Positions 8,895-18,210 are shown, numbered from the stretch's first letter. The stretch: 64,000 nucleotides of DNA from Gemmatimonadales bacterium (GCA_965250155.1 OZ252291.1:2738593-2802592), one strand, 5' to 3'. Numbers and translations are program-made. Notes: a model not told the origin generated them from the sequence alone.

Positions 8895-11229
8895 CGAGTC
8901 GCTCTTTCAATTCCTCGAGAATTCTGCTCAACACCGCATCGACATCCTTGTCACGCAGCGTCCGATCCGGCGAGCGGAACACCAAGCGCCACGCGACACT
9001 GCGCCCTTCCATATCCTTGCCGCGAAATTCGTCGAACAGCCGCGTTGACTCCAGCAGCTTGCCGCCACGTTGCGCCACAACCTCCTCCACCTGGCGGGCC
9101 GTAACCTCCGTCGGCAACAACAACGCGAGGTCTCTCTCCACCGGTGGAGTCCCTGGAAGCGGTTGGAACCGAATCAACGGTTTCGGTGCGGCAACCGCAT
9201 CGAGCTCGAAACCGAACAACGGAGCGGCCCACGCGGGGCGATCGGCGTCGACTTCGTCCGCCCAGCCGCACAGTTCACCGTTGCGGTCTCGCAGCACCCA
9301 CCGCCCTTCCTCTTCCGATACCGTGCCACGGGCGCCAACCGCCTCCGCCGCCTCCTCGAACAAAGATTTCACATCCCACCGATCAAAATCAACGTATTTG
9401 CCTCCGTCCAACCAATGTGGAGGCCTCCGTGCGCCGGTAATCACCCCGGCCACGTGACGACCCTCCACCGGCATTCCGCCACCCTCCTTTGCGTGAAACA
9501 CCGACCCGACCTCGAAAAGACGTATGTTCCGCTCGCGAACCGCCCAGTTCCGTTCCGCGGAGCGTATCAGCCCCGCAATCAAGTCCGTTCGCAGGTATGC
9601 TTCCTCCGTCGAAAGAGGGTTGAGAACGGCCTGCGCTCCTTTCCCCCGTGCCGGTCCGAGGGAGAGAGTTCGGGCTTCGTTGAGACCGAGGGCGGTGAGG
9701 ACCCTGCGCACGCGCGCCTCGGTAGTTTGCGTTACATCACTCGGAACGCTGCTGGGGCGGAGCGGTCGCATCTCCGTGGGGAACGAATCATATCCCCGTA
9801 ACCGTGCGATTTCTTCGACCAGATCTTCCTCGCGGGCAACGTCCGGCCGCCAACCGGGTACATGCACCGCCAAGCGTCCGTTCTTCGGTCCCGCCGCAAA
9901 ACCCAGGCTCGTGAGGTATCCCTCGATGTCTTTCTGGGAAATCTCGACGCCGAGCAGATGGGCCACTCGCTCGGGCCGGAGAAAGATCGCTGGTGTCTTT
10001 ACGGGCTTGGGATAGAGATCGACCGGCGGGCCGGCTTCGGCTCCTCCGGCCACCGCGATGATCAACCGGACGGCACGTTGGATGGCGTCGGCCATCCCTT
10101 GCAGATCGGTGCCGCGTTCGAATCGGTACGACGCTTCGGTGCTCATTTTCATTGCCTTGCGGGTCGCCCTGATCCGCTTGGCGTCAAAATACGCGCACTC
10201 GAGCACCACGTCCGTGGTTCGTTCTGAAACTTCCGAGTCCCGGCCTCCCATCACCCCACCGATTGCGATGGCGTGTTCGGCATCGCAGATGGCGGTCACA
10301 GTGTGATCCAGTGCCCTCTCTTCTCCGTCGAGCAGAGTGAGCGTTTCGCTCTCTCTGCCTCGACGGATGATGATCTTCGACCCGCGGAGCTTGGCGCGAT
10401 CGAAGGCGTGCATTGGTTGGTTGACCTCGAACAATATGTAGTTGGTCGCATCGACGACGTTATTGATGGGACGTTGGCCGATGCTGAGAAGGCGTGCTTG
10501 TAACCAGTCGTGGCTAGGGCCCACTGTGACGCCCTCGATCACCGCCGCCATGTATCGCGGGCAGCCTTCCACGTCCTCCAAGGTCACCTCGACGCCGCCC
10601 ACCACCCCGCTCTTCTTCGTTTGGACCGGCGCCTGGGAATCACCGGGAGCCCCCGGAATGGACGGAAGCTTTACGGGACGTCGCAGCACGGCGCCGAGGT
10701 CTCGCGCCACGCCTTTGTGACAGAGAAGGTCGGGCCGGTTTGGCGTCACCTCGACGTCCAGACAAAAGTCGCCGATCGGAAGCGCGTCGAGCAGCGGCGT
10801 ACCGGCGGGGACGTCCGTGTCGAGCTCCAGGATTCCCTCATGGTCGGTGCCCAGCTCCAGCTCGCTCGCGGAACAGAGCATGCCATTCGATTGAATCCCG
10901 CGAATCTTGCGGCCCTTGATCTCGAGGCCGCCCGGAAGCACGGTTCCCACCGCGGCGTAGGGATACTTCTTGCCGGCCTGCACGTTGGAAGCCCCACACA
11001 CCACTTCCACGACCTCGGTGCCGTTGTTGACGTGACACAGCGTGAGTCGATCGGCGTTGGGATGTTGCTCGACCCGCTCCACCACGGCGATGATGATGCC
11101 GGCCAGATCTTGATATACCGGCTCAATCGCCTCGACCGGTGCGCCGAGCATCGCGAGTTTGTGAGCCACGTCGTCGGGATCGAGCTTGATATCCAGGAGT
11201 GCCGACAGCCAATTGATTGAGATGTTCAT
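8872..11229 (-). CDS. pheT: Phenylalanine--tRNA ligase beta subunit
   Basis: 785 aa. N-terminal tRNA-binding OB domain (VVERVEQHPNADRLTLCHV), B3/4, B5 and C-terminal FDX-ACB domains. Follows pheS. Confidence 0.96.
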   Translation of the reverse strand: MNISINWLSALLDIKLDPDDVAHKLAMLGAPVEAIEPVYQDLAGIIIAVVERVEQHPNADRLTLCHVNNGTEVVEVVCGASNVQAGKKYPYAAVGTVLPGGLEIKGRKIRGIQSNGMLCSASELELGTDHEGILELDTDVPAGTPLLDALPIGDFCLDVEVTPNRPDLLCHKGVARDLGAVLRRPVKLPSIPGAPGDSQAPVQTKKSGVVGGVEVTLEDVEGCPRYMAAVIEGVTVGPSHDWLQARLLSIGQRPINNVVDATNYILFEVNQPMHAFDRAKLRGSKIIIRRGRESETLTLLDGEERALDHTVTAICDAEHAIAIGGVMGGRDSEVSERTTDVVLECAYFDAKRIRATRKAMKMSTEASYRFERGTDLQGMADAIQRAVRLIIAVAGGAEAGPPVDLYPKPVKTPAIFLRPERVAHLLGVEISQKDIEGYLTSLGFAAGPKNGRLAVHVPGWRPDVAREEDLVEEIARLRGYDSFPTEMRPLRPSSVPSDVTQTTEARVRRVLTALGLNEARTLSLGPARGKGAQAVLNPLSTEEAYLRTDLIAGLIRSAERNWAVRERNIRLFEVGSVFHAKEGGGMPVEGRHVAGVITGARRPPHWLDGGKYVDFDRWDVKSLFEEAAEAVGARGTVSEEEGRWVLRDRNGELCGWADEVDADRPAWAAPLFGFELDAVAAPKPLIRFQPLPGTPPVERDLALLLPTEVTARQVEEVVAQRGGKLLESTRLFDEFRGKDMEGRSVAWRLVFRSPDRTLRDKDVDAVLSRILEELKERLGVERREA

Positions 11230-11232
11230 GGG

Positions 11233-12258
11233 CTACTCCGCAAACTTCTGTAGGAAGCGCATGTCGTTTTCGAACAACATCCGGATATCGGGAATCCCAT
11301 AACGCAGCATCGTGATCCGATCGGGCCCCATGCCGAACGCGTAGCCCGAATACCGCTCAGGATCGATGCCGCAGTTTTCCAGAACGGCAGGATGCACCAT
11401 TCCGGCGCCCATGATCTCTAGGAAGCCGGTGTATTGGCAGGTTGCACACCCACCCCCTTTGCACATCTGGCACTGGACCTCAACCTCGGCGGAGGGCTCC
11501 GTAAACGGAAAGTACGACGGCCGAAACCGAACGGTCGTATCGGCGGAGAAAAACCGCTTTGCGAAGTAGTCGAGAGCCGCCTTGAACTCGACGAACGTTA
11601 TGCCTTCGTCCACCGCGAGGCCCTCGATCTGTGCAAAAACCGGCGAATGGGACGCATCGAACGCGTCTCGCCGATACACCATCCCGGGAACCACGATACG
11701 AATCGGTGGCTTGTACCGTTCCATCGTTCGCGCTTGCACCGGCGACGTGTGCGTGCGCAACAGCACTCCCGGAGACAGGTAAAACGTGTCCTGCATATCC
11801 GCCGCAGGGTGATCCAGCGGGATGTTCAGCTTGGTGAAGTTGTACTCTTCGGTCTCGACTTCCGGACCGGTGACGCGGGAGAAACCGAGTTCGCGAAAAA
11901 TCCCGCAGATCTCATCGATCACCGATGTGACCGGATGGATGGCGCCGCGCCACACCTGCCGACCGGGCATGCTCAGATCGGCCGCTACGCCTGACTTGCG
12001 GCCGGTATAGAGTTCCTTTTCCCGCGCCGCAATCGCCTCCTCCACTTCCCGCTTGAGCTGGTTCGCGCGCTGCCCTACGGCACGCCGCTCATCCGGAGAC
12101 AGGGTGGAGACGGATCGCAGAATTTGATTGAGGCGACCATTCTTGCGGCCTAGCAGCTCGACCTTGAGCTGCGTGAGACGGGCGGTATCCGCCTCACGCA
12201 GCTCTGCGATGGTCCGTGCAACGGCCTCCAGTTGATCGTTGGGGGAAGCTTCTGACAT
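11233..12258 (-). CDS. pheS: Phenylalanine--tRNA ligase alpha subunit
   Basis: 341 aa with class II aaRS motifs (FRPSYFPFTEPSAEV, GFLEIMGAGMVHP, AFGMGPDRITMLRYGI). Confidence 0.97.
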   Translation of the reverse strand: MSEASPNDQLEAVARTIAELREADTARLTQLKVELLGRKNGRLNQILRSVSTLSPDERRAVGQRANQLKREVEEAIAAREKELYTGRKSGVAADLSMPGRQVWRGAIHPVTSVIDEICGIFRELGFSRVTGPEVETEEYNFTKLNIPLDHPAADMQDTFYLSPGVLLRTHTSPVQARTMERYKPPIRIVVPGMVYRRDAFDASHSPVFAQIEGLAVDEGITFVEFKAALDYFAKRFFSADTTVRFRPSYFPFTEPSAEVEVQCQMCKGGGCATCQYTGFLEIMGAGMVHPAVLENCGIDPERYSGYAFGMGPDRITMLRYGIPDIRMLFENDMRFLQKFAE

Positions 12259-12274
12259 GTGTGTCCGTGGACGA

Positions 12275-12328
12275 GTGCCGTTCCAATCCCATTACCTTCG
12301 CGTTTGCGAAAACAAGCTGGAACGGCAC
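12275..12328 (-). promoter_or_regulatory. Nested stem-loop between rplT and pheS (candidate attenuator or processing hairpin)
   Basis: Perfect 11-bp inverted repeat GTGCCGTTCCA (12275-12285) / TGGAACGGCAC (12318-12328) enclosing an inner TTCGC..GCGAA hairpin. No U-tract follows. Confidence 0.4.
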
Positions 12329-12349
12329 GAGTACTGCAACTGGCGTCGG

Positions 12350-12703
12350 TTACAGACTCTTTTTTGCGACCTCTACCAGTGCGCCGAAAGCTACAGGGTC
12401 TCGCACAGCCAAATCGGCGAGGAGTTTCCGATTGACCTCCACACCGGCCCGTTTGAGACCCGCCATAAACCGGCTGTACGACAGTTCGTGCAACCTGGCC
12501 CCGGCGTTGATACGGACAATCCACAAGCGACGAAAGTCGCGTTTTTTTCGACGACGATCGCGGTAGGCGTACCTCATTCCGCGCTCGACATTCTCTTTTG
12601 CCGTTTTGTACAGCTTACTCCGGCCGCCGCGGGCTCCCTTCGCGGCACGCATGATCTTCTTCTTGCGTTTCAGATGGGCAACACGGCCCTTGACTCGTGG
12701 CAT
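12350..12703 (-). CDS. rplT: 50S ribosomal protein L20
   Basis: 117 aa, [32 protein letters not shown]..., typical L20. Confidence 0.97.
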   Translation of the reverse strand: MPRVKGRVAHLKRKKKIMRAAKGARGGRSKLYKTAKENVERGMRYAYRDRRRKKRDFRRLWIVRINAGARLHELSYSRFMAGLKRAGVEVNRKLLADLAVRDPVAFGALVEVAKKSL

Positions 12704-12711
12704 GCTCCCCC

Positions 12712-12906
12712 CTATGCGCCGAGCAGCTTGCGAATCCGTGGCTGGTCGGCGGGGGACATGACGGTCCCCTGACGAAGACGGCGCTTCCGCTTCGGATGTT
12801 TCTTTGTGAGAATGTGGCTCTTGAACGCCCTACGCCGGGTAACCTTGCCGGTGCCCGTGACCTTGAAGCGCTTCGCGGCCGATCGCTTGGTTTTCTGTTT
12901 AGGCAT
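12712..12906 (-). CDS. rpmI: 50S ribosomal protein L35
   Basis: [36 protein letters not shown]... The ORF track extends 7 codons upstream (12927), but the conserved L35 N-terminus starts at MPKQK. Confidence 0.93.
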   Translation of the reverse strand: MPKQKTKRSAAKRFKVTGTGKVTRRRAFKSHILTKKHPKRKRRLRQGTVMSPADQPRIRKLLGA

Positions 12907-12994
12907 CTTTTCCCCTCTCTCCGTCATCCCACGAAGGTCGTTGTCGTCTCCAAGTTATTCGGCGGATCGCCCACCACCTACCTCCCTACCGTCC

Positions 12995-13531
12995 TTATTT
13001 GGGCGCCAGCACCATCGTCATGTTGCGGCCCTCGAGCTTCGGCTGTACCTCCACCTTGGCAAGGTCCTGCAATTCCTCCAGGACCCGCGCCAACACCTCC
13101 TGACCCAACTCGGGATGTGTGACTTGCCGTCCCCGGAACATCATCGTGAGCTTCACCTTGTTGCCCTCCCCGAGAAACGCCCGCGAGTGTCGCACCTTGA
13201 AATCGAAGTCGTGTTGGTTGATACCCGGCCTGAACTTGACCTCCTTCATGTGAATCACATGCTGTTTTTTCTTGGCCGCCTTGGCTGCCTTGTCTTGCTC
13301 GTAACGGTACTTCCCGTAATCCATGATCTTGACCACGGGCGGGCGAGCCATCGGGGCAACCTCTACGAGATCCAACCCCCGCTCAAAAGCTTCTTTCAAC
13401 GCTTCTTCCACCGGCATCACACCAAGCTGATCACCCCCGTCGGCAATCACCCTCACGGGGCTGATGCGAATCTGGCTGTTCACACGTGTGCGGGGTTCGC
13501 GCTGTGGTGCTTGCCTATTCTGATATGCCAG
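12995..13531 (-). CDS. infC: Translation initiation factor IF-3 (probable non-AUG start)
   Basis: IF-3 N- and C-domains (INSQIRISPVRVI..., KFRPGINQHDFDFKVRH). The conserved N-terminus extends upstream of the GTG at 13483. An in-frame CTG at 13531 lies 8 nt after an AGGAGG (13545-13540). infC classically uses a non-AUG start. The exact start is uncertain. Confidence 0.9.
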   Translation of the reverse strand: MAYQNRQAPQREPRTRVNSQIRISPVRVIADGGDQLGVMPVEEALKEAFERGLDLVEVAPMARPPVVKIMDYGKYRYEQDKAAKAAKKKQHVIHMKEVKFRPGINQHDFDFKVRHSRAFLGEGNKVKLTMMFRGRQVTHPELGQEVLARVLEELQDLAKVEVQPKLEGRNMTMVLAPK

Positions 13532-13568
13532 TGAAGCTACCTCCTGTTGTCATCCCGAATCTCTTCCC

Positions 13569-13600
13569 AAAAAAAAACGGATCCCTGCTCCAGGGAATCC
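13569..13600 (-). terminator. Intrinsic terminator/attenuator hairpin with a U9 tract, just upstream of the infC ribosome-binding site
   Basis: Minus strand reads GGATTCCCTG-gag-CAGGGATCC followed by g + T9 (A-run 13569-13577 on the plus strand). It lies 139 nt downstream of the MBL hydrolase stop and 24 nt upstream of the infC SD. Confidence 0.75.
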
Positions 13601-13738
13601 GCCACGCCGGGAATCCAAGCGGCCCGGCTACGTCATTGGAATCCTGAACGCTCGCCTATCGGCGGCTAAAAGGGTGACGCGCCTCAGCGCTTGCTTCGCT
13701 CATTGTGGAAACGAACCTACCTCAACCCAGTGGGAGTG

Positions 13739-14626
13739 TCAACTCTCGAGTGCTTGAAATCCAAAGGACTTACCTTCCCTGACCACCCGCCCCAGCCCGC
13801 GCTCCGGATCGTGCTCGAATACCAGGATCCACCCTTCGGCCTCGGCTTGCGTGAGAAGCCGTCTCTTGTTCTCCAACGTCACCAACGGCTCCAGGTCGTA
13901 CCCCATGATCCACGGCAACGGCAGGTGCGCAGTAGTAGGCACCAAGTCCCCCAGAAAGCACGCAGTTTCTCCGGCGTCGGAGATCAAGATGGACTGGTGA
14001 TTGGGGACGTGTCCCGGGGTGAGCACCGCCTGAACTCCGGGAACGATTTCCTCGTCACCATGCAGCAATCGCCAGAGGCCGGCAGCCGCCACAGGGGCGA
14101 AGTTCTTGGAGAGATAGCTCGCGGCGATCCGCTCGTTGCCCTGCATCCCGAATTCGAGCTCGGCCGCCTGCACTACGTAGGTCGCGTTGGGAAACGCCAC
14201 CCGGCCCTCGGCTTCCAATGAGGCATCGTCGCCGGACAGGAACGTGTTGCCGCCGGCATGGTCGAAATGCAGATGAGTGTTGACCACGTAGCGCACGTCG
14301 GCCGCCACGAAGCCTATTTCCGCAACAGCATCGTCCAGCTGGGTGGGTCCGGCCGTCCCAGCGTTCTCCACACCGTAGATGTCACGGGATTTCTCGGATT
14401 CCTTGTTGCCGATCCCCGTGTCTATGAGCACGAGGCCGTCGTCGTGTTCCACAAGCAGGCAGCGGAGGGCGAGAGGAATCCGATTTTGGCCGTCGGCCGC
14501 TATGCGGCGGCTCCAGAGCGGCTTGGGAACCACGCCGAACATCGCCCCGCCGTCGAGCCGCTGGCGGCCGCCCTCCAAGGCGTGGCAGGTGAGACCGCCG
14601 ACCTGAAACGTCGTGACCAGACTCAT
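13739..14626 (-). CDS. MBL-fold metallo-hydrolase
   Basis: HxHxDH motif (NTHLHFDHAGGN) and downstream His/Asp ligands. The start is taken at MSLVTTFQ (ATGA overlap with the upstream gene) rather than the 46-codon upstream extension in the ORF track. Confidence 0.85.
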   Translation of the reverse strand: MSLVTTFQVGGLTCHALEGGRQRLDGGAMFGVVPKPLWSRRIAADGQNRIPLALRCLLVEHDDGLVLIDTGIGNKESEKSRDIYGVENAGTAGPTQLDDAVAEIGFVAADVRYVVNTHLHFDHAGGNTFLSGDDASLEAEGRVAFPNATYVVQAAELEFGMQGNERIAASYLSKNFAPVAAAGLWRLLHGDEEIVPGVQAVLTPGHVPNHQSILISDAGETACFLGDLVPTTAHLPLPWIMGYDLEPLVTLENKRRLLTQAEAEGWILVFEHDPERGLGRVVREGKSFGFQALES

Positions 14627-15483
14627 GCCTCTTCCATGGGCGCGGGAAGCGCTCTCCGCTTTTTGCGTTTCTTTCGCTTCGCGCGGCGAGTCAGTTCCTC
14701 GAGTTCGCGAAGCGTGTCGATTCCCCTCTCGGCAGCCAGGTCCAGGAGACGGGAGAGGACCCACGCGGTGGCGGTGGCGTCGCCCGCCGCACGGTGTCGA
14801 TTCTCGATTTCGATGCCGAAATAGCGCGCGACGCTGTCTAGATTGCGGGACCGGAGGCCCGGAATGAGACGCCGGGCCAACCTGACCGTACAGAGTCGAG
14901 GTCCGTCGAGAGCCAGGTGGAGGGTTCGACGGATTTCAGTCGACACGAACGACCAATCAAACCGCATGTTGTGGGCCACGAAGATCCGACCGGCGAGGGT
15001 GTCAACCACCTGATCGGCGATCTCCCCAAAGACGGGCTTGTCGCGCACGTCGTCATAGGCGATCCTGGTAATGCCCGTGACTACCCGGGGAATTGGCCGC
15101 TCGGGATTGACCAACGTATCGAGGACCACCCCCACCGCCCCGCCGGAAAGTACCGCTACGGCAATATCGATGACGCGGTCACCGCGTGAGGGGCTCGACC
15201 CCGTCGTCTCGACATCGACCACGGCGAACGCGCAGTCTACGAGGCGTGGAGAGCCCACCACCTCCCGAACTAACTCCCAACGGAAGTCCACCCGGCGCCG
15301 CACTCGGGGGTCCGATCCCAGCAGGGCGGCAGCCAATCGATCGGCGATGAGCGACGTGGCGGCCGGTAGTCCGAGGACATCGCGGGCTAACGAGATACTA
15401 TCGGCGGGGCCGGCTCCGAGGAATTCGAGAGCCCGGTCGACGAGCGTTCCCCTCTGTTGGGTGTGAATCCCTCCGGTGCTCAA
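14623..15483 (-). CDS. DEDDh 3'-5' exonuclease (DNA pol III epsilon-like) with an N-terminal extra domain and a Lys/Arg-rich tail
   Basis: Exo motifs VVDVETTG, VAHNMRFDWSF and HRAAGDATATAWV. C-terminal RRAKRKKRKKRR. Confidence 0.85.
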   Translation of the reverse strand: MSTGGIHTQQRGTLVDRALEFLGAGPADSISLARDVLGLPAATSLIADRLAAALLGSDPRVRRRVDFRWELVREVVGSPRLVDCAFAVVDVETTGSSPSRGDRVIDIAVAVLSGGAVGVVLDTLVNPERPIPRVVTGITRIAYDDVRDKPVFGEIADQVVDTLAGRIFVAHNMRFDWSFVSTEIRRTLHLALDGPRLCTVRLARRLIPGLRSRNLDSVARYFGIEIENRHRAAGDATATAWVLSRLLDLAAERGIDTLRELEELTRRAKRKKRKKRRALPAPMEEA

Positions 15484-16721
15484 ACCCGATCCCGCCTAAG
15501 AGGTAATGTCATGCAACGCGGGCCACCTCCGCCCCGTACCAATTCACTCCCCCGCATGGTGATGACTGCTCGCTCCCCTTCTTCGAGGTCCTCTTCACCC
15601 AGCAGGAAGGGCTCTGACTCCAATATCCGAAAGCCGGCTTTCTCGAACTCGGCCAGTGTGGCTTCATTGCGCCGGTACGCGAGCGTCACCCCCGGCCGGA
15701 GGGTCAGCACGTTACAGCCGGAAGCCCACTGCTCCCGCTCCTGCGATTGCCGCTTCGTCCCCCCACACAGAATCGGTTCGAGAGCGAAGTCCGCTTCCTC
15801 CAGTACGGCGAAGAAGTTGGGCATCTCATGTGTGCTCGCCTGCGCCTTTCTCCGGTGCAACACCGCAAGTCGCGCTGGGCCAATGAACTGATGCGGGGAA
15901 ACCACACACAGCCCGTGATCGACCTGCGCAAAGATCATGTCGAGATGAATGGCGGTCGGCTCACCCGGCATGACAACAACGATGACGTCGGAGACGCCAC
16001 AATTTTCGAACACCATATCGCACAACTGATCCAGCCCCATCGCACTCGTCCGATCGCTCATCCCGACAATCAACAGGTCGCTGCGCACCGGATGCACGTC
16101 ACCGCCCTCGATCGTGTAATTCAACCTCCGCTCTTCCGAGCCGTCATACAGAATGCCGCGGTTCTCGAGCAGAGGATGGTGGGAGAACAAAGCCTTCACG
16201 AGCAATTCTTCGGACCACCTCGCCTCGTGCCGCATCGCCCCGATGATGACATGCTCGTCGATGACGATCCCCACGTCGCGCATAAAAAAGAGATTCGGGA
16301 GCGGGGGCAGACAGTAGCCGCCTTGGTTGAGCAGCCGGGCGATGGGGCCGACCGTTTCCTCGGTGCCTTCGACCAACATTTCCACGAGCTGCTCGGCCGG
16401 CCGATCTACCAGCTGCTTGGCAAGCGCGCCGGACGGAGCCGCAAACGCGGTGCGCGCCGCCAGAAGCTCTCGCACATCCTCATGACCGGCAATGTCATGC
16501 AGAAGATCGCGGGTCTGGTGCACGGTGGCAAACCGCTCCAGCACCGCCACCATCTTGCGATGCTCCGAACGTGCCGTTTCGAGTTCGATGATGTCTTCAT
16601 AGAGAAAGTCTCTTCGGGTGCCGGGTGTTACAGCGAGGACTTCCTTCCCGGGCTCATGAACCAAGACGTCCCGGAGCTGACAGATTTCCGAGGAAATGTG
16701 AACGGGAGGCATATGGCGCAA
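15480..16721 (-). CDS. arcA: Arginine deiminase
   Basis: 413 aa. ADI motifs NLFFMRDVGIVI, EGGDVHPV, SDRTS, AIHLDMIF and the C-terminal catalytic GGGGPRCMTLPL. Confidence 0.88.
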   Translation of the reverse strand: MRHMPPVHISSEICQLRDVLVHEPGKEVLAVTPGTRRDFLYEDIIELETARSEHRKMVAVLERFATVHQTRDLLHDIAGHEDVRELLAARTAFAAPSGALAKQLVDRPAEQLVEMLVEGTEETVGPIARLLNQGGYCLPPLPNLFFMRDVGIVIDEHVIIGAMRHEARWSEELLVKALFSHHPLLENRGILYDGSEERRLNYTIEGGDVHPVRSDLLIVGMSDRTSAMGLDQLCDMVFENCGVSDVIVVVMPGEPTAIHLDMIFAQVDHGLCVVSPHQFIGPARLAVLHRRKAQASTHEMPNFFAVLEEADFALEPILCGGTKRQSQEREQWASGCNVLTLRPGVTLAYRRNEATLAEFEKAGFRILESEPFLLGEEDLEEGERAVITMRGSELVRGGGGPRCMTLPLRRDRV

Positions 16722-16758
16722 TCTAGCAGGCTGTGGGAGAGGTGAGGGAGTTGCCCCA

Positions 16759-17379
16759 CTAGCGATTCCGCAAGCCGTAGCTCAACGCCTCCAGCTCGAG
16801 GGCCAGGCTCACGTTCTTCACTACAACGTCGTCGGGCACCCGCAATTGCACCGGCGCGAAATTGAGAAATGCCTTGACACCTACCTGCACCAACCGATCC
16901 ACCAGCTCCTGAGCTGCGGAAGCCCTGGTCACGATAATCGCCATATCGATGGGCTCCTGCGAGATGTCCTCCTCGATCGACATCTGGTCACGAACGATGA
17001 GATTGCTGCGCTTCCGCCCGATCTTCTTGGGATCGGCGTCGTACAACGAGACCACGCGAAACCCATGTTTTTCAAAGCCTCGGAAATGGACCAGGGCCAC
17101 GCCGATGTTACCGGCGCCGATCACGGCCACTCGGTAGGTCTTGCCCAAGCCGAGGATGTCTCGCAACCGGGAAGCGAGTTCCGGCACGGAGTATCCAAGA
17201 CCCCGTTTACCGAAGGACCCGAAGAATGACAGATCTTTCCTAACCTGAGCGGAGGTGGTTCCGCCGCGTGTCGCGAGTGCTTCTGAACTGACGGTATCCA
17301 CCCCCTGCTCTTCGAATTCTTCGAGGAACCGCAGGTATAGAGAGAGGCGGCGGACTGTCGACTCGGCGATTTTGCGCAT
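16759..17379 (-). CDS. rex: Redox-sensing transcriptional repressor Rex
   Basis: 206 aa. N-terminal winged helix (TVRRLSLYLRFLEE), Rossmann motif VIGAGNIG, and a cognate Rex box immediately upstream. Confidence 0.93.
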   Translation of the reverse strand: MRKIAESTVRRLSLYLRFLEEFEEQGVDTVSSEALATRGGTTSAQVRKDLSFFGSFGKRGLGYSVPELASRLRDILGLGKTYRVAVIGAGNIGVALVHFRGFEKHGFRVVSLYDADPKKIGRKRSNLIVRDQMSIEEDISQEPIDMAIIVTRASAAQELVDRLVQVGVKAFLNFAPVQLRVPDDVVVKNVSLALELEALSYGLRNR

Positions 17380-17383
17380 GATT

Positions 17384-17401
17384 TTGTGAAATTTTTCACA
17401 A
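17384..17401. promoter_or_regulatory. Rex operator (TTGTGAA-N4-TTCACAA)
   Basis: Exact palindrome TTGTGAAATTTTTCACAA, 4 nt upstream of the rex ATG. Matches the published Rex box consensus at all 14 specified positions. Confidence 0.8.
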
Positions 17402-17424
17402 CTTAGCCGGTCCGTCGGAAGCAG

Positions 17425-18210
17425 TCAACGACTTGTAAGTCTGAACAGATCCACAAATTCCTCAGGCGTCAGCACTTCCGCGCGGATCTCACGATCCAGC
17501 CCTAGTTCGTCGAGCACGCGGCTGATGTCGGCTGTCGCCTTCCCGGTCACCGTCCGGAGGGCGCGAGCCAGCTGCTTGCGGCGCTGGCCGAACAGGCCTG
17601 TGACGAACCGGCGAAAGGGGCCTCTCTCGCCCGAAACAGTCAGCGGGTCGGCGAGGGGTTTCAGGCGCACCACCACGGAATCCACCTTGGGCGCTGGACG
17701 GAACGATCCGGGACGTACCGCGAGGAGGCGCTCCACCGATACCACGGACTGCACCCCCACGGAGAGGGCTCCATACGTCTTCGAACCCGGCGCGGCCTCC
17801 AATCGCTCACCAACTTCTTTTTGGACGAGAAAGGTGATCACGCTCGGCAGCGGTTCGGCCAGCGCCTTGTCGATGAGGGGAGTGGTGATTGAATAGGGAA
17901 TATTGCCGACCACCTTGTACGACGCCTCTTCGACCGGGTGTGGCAGGTGAGCGTGCCAGTCGATCTCTAGAGCGTCACCGAGAACGATGCGGCAGTTTTC
18001 GGGTGCCGTCGCTTGGAGTTTCGCCACCAGCCATTTATCGCGCTCGATGGCAACCACGGAGCCGACGCGAGCAGCCAACCGACCCGTGAGCGTGCCCTTC
18101 CCGGGACCAATCTCGACTACTTGGTCGTTGAAACTCGGATCCAGCCCATCCACTATCCGATCGAGGATGGCGGGATCGTGCAAGAAGTGTTGACCGAGTC
18201 GCCGTCCCAC
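17425..18210 (-). CDS. rsmA: 16S rRNA (adenine1518/1519-N6)-dimethyltransferase
   Basis: 261 aa. GQHFL start, SAM motif VVEIGPGKGTLT and VGNIPYSITTPL. Confidence 0.95.
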   Translation of the reverse strand: MGRRLGQHFLHDPAILDRIVDGLDPSFNDQVVEIGPGKGTLTGRLAARVGSVVAIERDKWLVAKLQATAPENCRIVLGDALEIDWHAHLPHPVEEASYKVVGNIPYSITTPLIDKALAEPLPSVITFLVQKEVGERLEAAPGSKTYGALSVGVQSVVSVERLLAVRPGSFRPAPKVDSVVVRLKPLADPLTVSGERGPFRRFVTGLFGQRRKQLARALRTVTGKATADISRVLDELGLDREIRAEVLTPEEFVDLFRLTSR

